From an uncultured Gammaproteobacteria bacterium (GTDB taxonomy: Bacteria > Patescibacteriota > Patescibacteriia > UBA1558 > 2-01-FULL-52-15), in assembly GCA_964402565.1 (NCBI GenBank), contig CAYOCJ010000001.1, positions 96,079 to 160,078 on the forward strand: a DNA stretch of 64,000 nt, written 5' to 3'. The notes under the pieces are model-generated. The model was not told the origin of the DNA. It did not search any database and was given only the letters and a program-made list of their open reading frames with translations. Of the stretch, positions 56,582-64,000 are shown one piece after another; the first letter of the stretch is position 1, and the number at the start of each line of letters is the position of its first letter. Position numbers and translations under genes: made by a program.

Positions 56582-56678
56582 TTGTTTGTCGATCAGGCCT
56601 TACTATGGTATACTATTTATCGTATATACTTATAGTATCATCGTAGGTTAGCTAAATTCGTGAACATAGTTTGCAAGG

Positions 56679-58058
56679 ATGGAAGAAAATAAAAATCAAA
56701 CGATATCTGCTGCACCGGATGACATTGTCGTCAAAGATCTTGACGGCAATTTTAAGGTTTTGAGTGACGGGGAGCTGAAAGATCTGGATGATCTCCTGTC
56801 ATCGACTCAAAGTGCCGCTACCATACCTCAGATCTCGAGCGTAAATCCGCCGCATGGAGGCGCCTTGGATTTTCCGAAATTCACCGACCTGGCGGCCGTC
56901 CCCGTAAATGAGCATTTTGAGGACCCTGCTGTTGCAAAAAAAGGCACTACGATCGCTGAGCACCAATTTCATCCAGACGACCAGGATGAAGTAGAGCGGG
57001 AGCTTGAGAAACTGAACACCGTTTTCGGATTGTCTCAGCAAAAGCAGTACAGCATCGTTAAGATCGCCCAAAAACTTGTCGATAAGCACGGATTGAAATT
57101 ATCTGAGAAGGATTTCATGACCTTCCAGAAGATCGTTTTGTCATATTTCAGGCAAGCGCGCAGTTCGGTAGAAACCAGGGCAATGTTTACCATGACCGTT
57201 GAAAGCGGCGGCGTAGGGATCAATTCCGATACGGCAGATCATATGATCGCGGTATTGAAACATCTTAAGTTAAAGATCGAAGAAACAGACGGCATTGTAG
57301 TAGAAGTAGATGACGCAATGCCGAGCATGGCGCAACCAGCTCCTGCTCCGCAGAACATGCCTGAGCCGAAACCAAGGCCAATGCCTCAGCCAGAGATGAA
57401 GCCGGCAATGGCCCCGATCCAGACCGCTACCCCTCCTGCACAGCCACTGAAGACTGTTGCTCCTATTGCAGCTGCGCCGATCCAGGAGAAAAAACCTGAG
57501 CCTATCATGCCGCCTGCGACCCCGATGAGCCCGCCGCAACCTACACCAGCAGGAATGCCTGAAGTTAAACCCGCACAGAATCCAGCCCCGGCAATACAGC
57601 CGATACCGGAAGCGCCGCAACCAGCCGTCGTCGCAGAAGAAATGCCAAAGATGAATCGACCGCAGATCCCTTCGTTCAAGCCTCCGATCGTCGAAATAAA
57701 GCGCCCGCAGTCCAATGCGGTCCGTTCAGGCAAACCAACCGGACGCGTCGAAGAATTGGCGCTCATGGACCTGGCGACATGGCGCATGCTTGACCCAGAT
57801 CCGCGCATTCGCGCAGGCAAGATCCTTGGCAAAATCCAGAACCTTGAGCAAGAATCGCTGACCAGGAAAAGCCAGGGCATCCAGGCATGGCGTTCGAATG
57901 AGGTCTATCAATATTACCTGATGATCGGGCAGATGAGCCTGGAGCATAAAAAAGAAGTGGCCGAGATCATTCAATCAATGATGCAGGAGGGACAGCAGAC
58001 GCTGACCTTGGATGAATTTGAAGCGGTCTCTGATCTGAACAGAATGTTACGCTACTAG
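56679..58058 (+). CDS. hypothetical protein with Pro-rich linker
   Basis: 459-aa ORF; P/Q/A-rich centre; first gene of the T4SS-like operon. Confidence 0.75.
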   Translation: MEENKNQTISAAPDDIVVKDLDGNFKVLSDGELKDLDDLLSSTQSAATIPQISSVNPPHGGALDFPKFTDLAAVPVNEHFEDPAVAKKGTTIAEHQFHPDDQDEVERELEKLNTVFGLSQQKQYSIVKIAQKLVDKHGLKLSEKDFMTFQKIVLSYFRQARSSVETRAMFTMTVESGGVGINSDTADHMIAVLKHLKLKIEETDGIVVEVDDAMPSMAQPAPAPQNMPEPKPRPMPQPEMKPAMAPIQTATPPAQPLKTVAPIAAAPIQEKKPEPIMPPATPMSPPQPTPAGMPEVKPAQNPAPAIQPIPEAPQPAVVAEEMPKMNRPQIPSFKPPIVEIKRPQSNAVRSGKPTGRVEELALMDLATWRMLDPDPRIRAGKILGKIQNLEQESLTRKSQGIQAWRSNEVYQYYLMIGQMSLEHKKEVAEIIQSMMQEGQQTLTLDEFEAVSDLNRMLRY

Positions 58059-58059
58059 T

Positions 58060-58524
58060 ATGCAGAAATTTATCGTTCCGCAATTCATCGATGTAGAAAG
58101 CAAGATCTTAGGACCGATCACGGTCCGGCAGTTCGCGACGGTGGCCGTTGGCATGATCTTCATGTTCGCAGCGTATAAGCTTGCAGATTTTTCGCTGTTC
58201 CTGGTCTGGACCGTGGTCATTCTCGGAGCAACATTGCTGTTCGCTTTTTTTAAATTCAACGGCTTGCCGTTCCACATTTTCATGCTGAACATGATCTCTA
58301 CCTATAAGCGGCCCATGCTCCGCGTATGGCTGAAAGAGGAGTATAGAGGCTCGAGAGATGCAAAGAGCAAGGCAGCGAAAGGGAAAGAAGAAAAGTATCT
58401 GGTCCCGAAGAAGGAATTTTCATCTGAGAAATTGTCTGAATTAGCCTTGATCATCGATACCGGCGGCATCTATAAGGGTGAAGCTGAAGCAAACCGCATC
58501 AATAGATCAATGTACGTAAAATAG
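58060..58524 (+). CDS. PrgI-family (VirB3-like) protein
   Basis: VPQFIDVE.KILGPITVRQF followed by two TM helices. Confidence 0.85.
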   Translation: MQKFIVPQFIDVESKILGPITVRQFATVAVGMIFMFAAYKLADFSLFLVWTVVILGATLLFAFFKFNGLPFHIFMLNMISTYKRPMLRVWLKEEYRGSRDAKSKAAKGKEEKYLVPKKEFSSEKLSELALIIDTGGIYKGEAEANRINRSMYVK

Positions 58525-58531
58525 AACTCCG

Positions 58532-59212
58532 ATGAAGAGCAAGAAATTACAAGGCAATAAACCGAAGATCTCAACACAGCGTTTTTTGGATATTGCTGAG
58601 ATCCGTGACGATATGGTGGTCATGAAGGACGGCACGGTGCGCGCGGTGCTCATGGTGTCTTCGGTGAACTTCGATCTGAAGTCTGAAGAGGAGCAGAATG
58701 CTATGGTCGGATCCTATGTTCAGTTCTTAAATTCATTGCAGTTCCCGCTGCAGATCGTCGTACAGTCCAGGCCGCTCAATATTGACGAGTATATCCAGCG
58801 TCTGATCGTGACAGAGCGTGAGCATTCGAATGAGCTGCTGCGCATGCAGACGGCAGATTATCGCAATTTCGTCGACGATCTCGTGCATCTCGAGAAGATC
58901 ATGAGCAAGAAGTTCTTTATCGTCGTGCCCTATGCTCCCGGACAGGACAATAAATTGAAATTCACTGACCGCTTTATGGGTTTGTTCTCGACTGCTAAAG
59001 CAGTGACCCTGAGCCGCAAGAAATTCGAGAACTATGCGCGCGAATTGAATAAACGGTCCCTTTTCATATATTCAGGTACGACCAGTATGGGCCTGACCTC
59101 ACGCCGTTTGAATACGCAGGCGCTGATCGAGCTGTACTACAATAGTTATAATCCGGCATTGTCCCAGAACGAGCAGCTCGCAGATATTAATCAATTATCG
59201 ATCGACGAATAA
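58532..59212 (+). CDS. TraC/VirB4 N-terminal-like protein
   Basis: STQRFL.I.EI, SVNFDLKSEEEQ, FLNSL.FP.QI; lies between PrgI and VirB4. Confidence 0.75.
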   Translation: MKSKKLQGNKPKISTQRFLDIAEIRDDMVVMKDGTVRAVLMVSSVNFDLKSEEEQNAMVGSYVQFLNSLQFPLQIVVQSRPLNIDEYIQRLIVTEREHSNELLRMQTADYRNFVDDLVHLEKIMSKKFFIVVPYAPGQDNKLKFTDRFMGLFSTAKAVTLSRKKFENYARELNKRSLFIYSGTTSMGLTSRRLNTQALIELYYNSYNPALSQNEQLADINQLSIDE

Positions 59213-61131
59213 TGTTCAAGCCAAACGAAGCTATAGCAACCAAAAAGCAGGACGACCAGCCGATTCTGTCGTTTGAAGAGCAGAAGGCGATCGGGCAAGA
59301 CAGGGCAGAGACAGAAGCGGAATTGTTGCTCGCTGAAAAGGCCTTTCGAGAAGGCGTTGTTTCGATTACGGATATCATAGCGCCGGCCGCTTTCAAGGTG
59401 GACTCGAGTTTTATACGCTTAGGCGATCAATTTGTCCGTACGCTATTCGTTGTGGCATACCCCCGCTACATTACGATCGGCTGGTTCGCGCCGATCATCA
59501 ACTTTAGTTTGGCACTCGATATTGCCATGTTCTTCTATCCGGTCGACAGCGCCATCATTTTGAAAAAATTGCGCAACAAGGTCGGTGCCATCGAAGCACA
59601 GATCTCATCCGATCTTGAGAAAGGCGCTCCGCGCGATCCGGTCCAGGAAACAGCCTTGCGTGACATTGAATCCTTGCGCGACTCTTTGAGTCAGGGCACT
59701 GAACGCTTCTTCAAATTTGCTCTCTATATAACGCTCTATTGCAAGTCGAAAGAAGAGCTGGATACAAATACGGATAAGATCGAAAGCACGTTGGGAGCAT
59801 ACCTGGTTCTCTCACGGCGCGCTCTGTGGCAGGCTGAGCAGGGATTTAATTCTACGCTGCCTTTGGGTAATGATGAGATCGCGATCGCGAATAATATGTC
59901 GTCATCGCCTGCGGCGGCTTCATTTCCATTCATATCATCCGAACTCACGTCGGATAATGGCATCATGTACGGCATCAATCGCCATAATAATAGCCTGATC
60001 ATTTTTGATCGTTTTAGTTTGCAGAACGCGAACTCGGTTGTGTTCGCGACATCCGGCGCAGGCAAAAGTTATACCATCAAATTGGAAGTGCTTCGCAGCA
60101 TGATGTTGAATACTGATGTTATTTGCATAGATCCTGAGAAAGAGTATCTGCATTTATCCGATGCGGTAGGCGGAACCTACGTGAACCTGTCGCTCAACTC
60201 AGAAAGTAAATTGAATCCATTCGATTTGCCTACAAATTTAGGCGACAGCAAACCTGAGGATGTTCTCAGAAGCGCTGTCATTACTTTGAAGGGTTTGATC
60301 CGGCTCATGGTCGGGGAGTTGACCCATGATGAAGACTCGATCGTCGACCGCGCATTGCTCGAAACGTATGCAAAGAAAGACATCAGCTCGACGAGCGACT
60401 GGTCGAAAGCGGAAATGCCTCTGATGGCTGACTTTGAGCAGATTCTTGCCGGCATGATCGGCGGAGAAGATCTGGCATTGCGTGTCAAAAAATTCACTCA
60501 AGGAACGTTTTCTGGATTGTTCAACAGCAGGACGAATGTCGACATCAATAACCAGCTTGTCGTCTTCAGTGTTCGAGACCTGGAAGACGAATTGAGGCCT
60601 ATAGCCATCTATACCATCGTCAACTATATCTGGAATGTAGTCCGCTCGCATGTGAAGAAACGCATTCTCGTTATCGACGAAGCGTGGTGGCTGATGCAGC
60701 ATGAAGATTCAGCGAAATTTATTTATGCGTTGGTGAAGCGCTGCAGAAAATACTATCTCGGGGTGACGACTATCACCCAGGATGTGAACGACTTCCTGCG
60801 CTCGCCCTATGGCCAGGCCATCGTTACCAATTCGAGCATGCAGATCCTACTGAAGCAATCGCCGGCATCAGTGGCGCTCATTCAGAAAACATTCATTTTG
60901 ACCGAGGGTGAGAAATATTTGTTGCTGGAATCAGGAGTGGGCGAAGGCATTTTCTTTGCCGGCAACAAACATGCAGCTATCAAGGTGCTTGCCTCATATA
61001 CCGAAGACCAGATCATCACGTCAGATCCGAAGCAGCTCCTGCAGATCGAAGAATCAAAGAAGGAGTTTAAGCAGGCAATGCAATTGCAGCAGGCAGGCAG
61101 CGAGCCTGAGCCGGCACCAGCTAAAACATAA
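59212..61131 (+). CDS. VirB4-like ATPase
   Basis: Walker A ATSGAGKS, IDPEKEY, INP-like LNPFD, Walker B VIDEAW, RKY, ITQ. Confidence 0.9.
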   Translation: MFKPNEAIATKKQDDQPILSFEEQKAIGQDRAETEAELLLAEKAFREGVVSITDIIAPAAFKVDSSFIRLGDQFVRTLFVVAYPRYITIGWFAPIINFSLALDIAMFFYPVDSAIILKKLRNKVGAIEAQISSDLEKGAPRDPVQETALRDIESLRDSLSQGTERFFKFALYITLYCKSKEELDTNTDKIESTLGAYLVLSRRALWQAEQGFNSTLPLGNDEIAIANNMSSSPAAASFPFISSELTSDNGIMYGINRHNNSLIIFDRFSLQNANSVVFATSGAGKSYTIKLEVLRSMMLNTDVICIDPEKEYLHLSDAVGGTYVNLSLNSESKLNPFDLPTNLGDSKPEDVLRSAVITLKGLIRLMVGELTHDEDSIVDRALLETYAKKDISSTSDWSKAEMPLMADFEQILAGMIGGEDLALRVKKFTQGTFSGLFNSRTNVDINNQLVVFSVRDLEDELRPIAIYTIVNYIWNVVRSHVKKRILVIDEAWWLMQHEDSAKFIYALVKRCRKYYLGVTTITQDVNDFLRSPYGQAIVTNSSMQILLKQSPASVALIQKTFILTEGEKYLLLESGVGEGIFFAGNKHAAIKVLASYTEDQIITSDPKQLLQIEESKKEFKQAMQLQQAGSEPEPAPAKT

Positions 61132-61136
61132 CGACT

Positions 61137-61727
61137 ATGCAACAAGGACAAGGCAAATACAATAAAAATAGATTGCTCGCGCTCGGCGTGCTGATACTTC
61201 TGATCATCATTATTTTGTTGCTCATCTGGTGGTGGTTTATACCGCATGGCAACGGTATTCCGGGACCAAAACCGACAGCGACAGAGCCTGCTCACGATAC
61301 GGTCGTATTGCCGATACAAAAACCAGCCCCAGCGCCTGCTCCGGAGCCAACGCCTGCTGTAGTGCCAGGGGAAACTGAAGTTCGCTCGCTTGCGCGCAAT
61401 TTCACCGAACGGTACGGCAGCTGGTCTACCGACAGCAATTTCCAGAATTTGAAGGATCTATTCCCGCGTGTCACTGCGCGATTGAAAGCCTCGTTCCAGA
61501 GAACCATTGACTCATCATCAGCTCCGACTGAGTTCAAGAGCGCCGAGACGAGAGTGTTGCAGATCGATATCAAATCGCTTACCGACTCGAAAGCAGATGT
61601 CTTGGTCACTGCTCAGCAAACGACGCGCAATGACAAGCTTGAGTCGCAGGACAGCTTTGTGAAGCTCGCATTAACCATGGTGAAAGATGGACAGTTTTGG
61701 TACGTAGATAGTGCCGAGTGGAAATAA
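61137..61727 (+). CDS. membrane-anchored NTF2-like (VirB8-like) protein
   Basis: TM helix, Pro linker, FTERYGSWS, C-terminal W.VD.A.W. Confidence 0.55.
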   Translation: MQQGQGKYNKNRLLALGVLILLIIIILLLIWWWFIPHGNGIPGPKPTATEPAHDTVVLPIQKPAPAPAPEPTPAVVPGETEVRSLARNFTERYGSWSTDSNFQNLKDLFPRVTARLKASFQRTIDSSSAPTEFKSAETRVLQIDIKSLTDSKADVLVTAQQTTRNDKLESQDSFVKLALTMVKDGQFWYVDSAEWK

Positions 61728-61742
61728 CAACGATCAGCATTT

Positions 61743-62288
61743 ATGGCAGAAGCAGCACAGACTTTACCCCAATATGATGTCGTTGAGCGAGACATTGAAG
61801 AAGCTCAGCGAGCTCGTGAATTGCGGATGCAACGGCTCAGGACAGGTACATTTCGAGCAGAGCAGGGGCGGCAGAACGCATTCGGAGGTGCAGCTCAGGC
61901 TGCGCAGCATCTGCAGCAGATCAAAAAAAGCATCAGGAATATACGGAATATTACCACTGCGCTTGGTGCTGTGGCTTCGTTCACTGTGATCGGAATCTTA
62001 TGGACATTGTTACAATGGAATCTACAAATGGTTTGGCAGGTATTTCATCTTCCTGGCCATGATTACTTCGGACTCTCCTGGTGGCTGATACCGATCGTCT
62101 TGTTAGCCGATGTTCTTATTTTTATTCTTTACATCACCCTCACACTTATTGCTTATTTTTACGCGCATCCCGGGAGTGCTGCCTGTGCTGTTCCTGAACT
62201 TGCAAAAACCTTCAGCAGCAGCGGCATGTTCGGCTTCATCAAGTCATTAGGCTTATCAATCGTAGAGTGGACATGCACAGTGCTTTGA
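61743..62288 (+). CDS. membrane protein
   Basis: Coiled N-terminus plus two or three TM segments, within the operon. Confidence 0.65.
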   Translation: MAEAAQTLPQYDVVERDIEEAQRARELRMQRLRTGTFRAEQGRQNAFGGAAQAAQHLQQIKKSIRNIRNITTALGAVASFTVIGILWTLLQWNLQMVWQVFHLPGHDYFGLSWWLIPIVLLADVLIFILYITLTLIAYFYAHPGSAACAVPELAKTFSSSGMFGFIKSLGLSIVEWTCTVL

Positions 62289-62292
62289 TCAT

Positions 62293-63525
62293 ATGGATAG
62301 AAAAAGAATAGCTTTGATCGTTTTATTCGTAGTCTCCATTGCTATATTTGGCTGGGGTTTGTATTCGTTTTTTTTCAAAGGCATCATTCCCGGCAATGAA
62401 ACGAATGGGAATGCCAATACCGTAGGCGTATTGCCGATACCGGGGCAAGGAGGACCCGGCCATGCGAATGAAAATCAAAACCAGCCCATACAGCTGCCTG
62501 GTTTTTCGACGACCATCGATGTTACAGCACCGACAGACATTGCCCAAGGCGGCTATACGAAGGTCGTTGATTATGGTGATACGAAAGTGGACGATTTTAC
62601 CTCGGGAGCCGAGGGGGCCTATTTCTATAATAAAGACGCCGGGCTTTTCTTTAAAGTGGACGGCGGCAAAAGCACCCCGCTCTCGGATAAGAAATTTTTT
62701 GACGTTGATAAAGTGACGTGGTCCAAGGATCAGAACAAGGCTATCATGGAATACCCTGATGGTTCGAATGTCGTGTATGATTTTAAGACCGATAAGCAAG
62801 TGACCTTGCCGAAAGAACTGACCGATTTTTCGTTCTCGCCCCAGGGCGACGCTATCGCCGGGAAATGGATGGGCAAAACGAATGACGAGAATTGGCTCAT
62901 GGTCGGCGATGCGAATGGCGGAAATTTCCAGCTTATCGAACCATTAGGCGATCGCGGGAACAATGTCCAAGTAGATTTTTCGAACAATAATCAGATCGTG
63001 GCACTGGTGAGAGACCCGGTCGATGCGAATACCCAGAGCGTCTTGCCCATCGGATTGAATGGCGAGAATTTTCCTGCGTTCAATGTCGAGGGTTTAAAGT
63101 TCGAGAGCAAATGGGCGCCGACGGATAATGCTCTTCTCTATAATGTTTCCACGCAGGACAATAACTATAATCCAAAACTATTGATCACGAGCGGCGACGC
63201 AGAGACATTAGGCACGAGTCATTTGGACCTGGAATTGAATACCTGGGCCAATAAGTGCACCTTCAACGCATCATCAACATCGATATACTGTGCAGAGCCG
63301 ACCAGTTTGCCGCGCGGTTCCGGGTTGTATCCGGAGCTCGCGAAAGGCATACCGGATGTTTTTTATCGTATCGATCTCCGCAGCGGCCAGAAGATCCCCT
63401 TAGCGGTACCGGTGGGCAACCGTTCGTCGTATAGCGCCTCGTCTGTCTTTTTATCCCAAGATGAATCATCGTTGTATTTCGTTGATGAAGTGACGAATCA
63501 GCTGCATTCGATACGTTTACGATGA
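62293..63525 (+). CDS. membrane-anchored beta-propeller protein
   Basis: N-terminal TM; repeated WS/FSP/WAP blade motifs. Confidence 0.7.
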   Translation: MDRKRIALIVLFVVSIAIFGWGLYSFFFKGIIPGNETNGNANTVGVLPIPGQGGPGHANENQNQPIQLPGFSTTIDVTAPTDIAQGGYTKVVDYGDTKVDDFTSGAEGAYFYNKDAGLFFKVDGGKSTPLSDKKFFDVDKVTWSKDQNKAIMEYPDGSNVVYDFKTDKQVTLPKELTDFSFSPQGDAIAGKWMGKTNDENWLMVGDANGGNFQLIEPLGDRGNNVQVDFSNNNQIVALVRDPVDANTQSVLPIGLNGENFPAFNVEGLKFESKWAPTDNALLYNVSTQDNNYNPKLLITSGDAETLGTSHLDLELNTWANKCTFNASSTSIYCAEPTSLPRGSGLYPELAKGIPDVFYRIDLRSGQKIPLAVPVGNRSSYSASSVFLSQDESSLYFVDEVTNQLHSIRLR

Positions 63526-64000
63526 TGAAGAGGTTCTTTGTTGCAGTCCTGATATGCAGTGTCCTGGCGATCGCAGCTATTGTCGGTATCAACATTTTGG
63601 AACAGCCATCAGCCGATAAGCAGCCGGCACAGCAACAACCAGCATTGACCGCAAATGACACTGATCCGTCGCAAGGCCCTCGCGATGCCAAAGTGACGGT
63701 GATGCAATTCGGCTCTTTCAATTGCCCGGCCTGTAAGACAGCAGCTACCCAGATGGACCAGCTCAGGGCTCTGTTTCCAGAGCAGGTAAGGATCGTGTGG
63801 AAAGACCTGCCTGAAGAAACCGGATTTCCGTATCAGGCCGCTATCGCAGCACGCTGTGCGCAGCAACAGGGGAAATTCTGGCAATACCACGACCTCTTAT
63901 ATGAAAAACAGGATCTCATAGCTTCTCGAGCGCTGTATACGGTCTGGGCGAAGGATCTTGGAATACTGACAGAGCGCTTCGATACATGTCTTGATAAAGA
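63522..64000 (+). CDS. DsbA-family thioredoxin protein (3' partial)
   Basis: Read manually: MMKRFFVAVL...GPRDAKVTVMQFGSFNCPAC...VWKDLP...AARCAQQQGKFWQYHD. Confidence 0.85.
   Translation, partial: MMKRFFVAVLICSVLAIAAIVGINILEQPSADKQPAQQQPALTANDTDPSQGPRDAKVTVMQFGSFNCPACKTAATQMDQLRALFPEQVRIVWKDLPEETGFPYQAAIAARCAQQQGKFWQYHDLLYEKQDLIASRALYTVWAKDLGILTERFDTCLDK

Noticed and set aside
57320-57700. Possible tandem repeat or CRISPR-like array
   Set aside because: It is low-complexity Pro/Gln/Ala coding sequence with no fixed repeat-spacer period. No CRISPR array or cas gene was seen in the window.

Overview
Bacterial chromosomal window. The gene content (PrgI/VirB4/VirB6-like cluster, TSP3-like repeat proteins, giant Cys-rich protein, domain-inserted LeuRS, many apparently leaderless genes) suggests Patescibacteria/CPR; this is an inference. 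Left part: DipZ-like thioredoxin, a candidate 6S-like RNA, a histidine phosphatase, tRNA-Ala(CGC), a SAM-I riboswitch and metK. The main feature (about 3.9-18.3 kb) is a co-oriented, more GC-rich island. It is headed by an NrtR repressor with two GT-N7-AC operators. It joins a TerY-P-like PP2C/kinase/vWA triad to a complete NAD+/ADP-ribose recycling loop: unknown domain-PncA fusion, NadD-NadK fusion, ADP-ribosylhydrolase, Nudix, PncB, plant class II-like Prs and NadE. Middle: murF, murE, a MurL-MurD fusion, assorted enzymes, leuS with a Ham1-like insertion, tsaC, MFS and rsmA. Right: a 3341-aa Cys-rich exported protein, VirB6-like protein, efp-rpsR-ssb-rpsF with a structured leader, a T4SS-like cluster and a partial DsbA. 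No CRISPR, integrase or transposase was recognised. All calls come from motif recognition by eye, not database searches.
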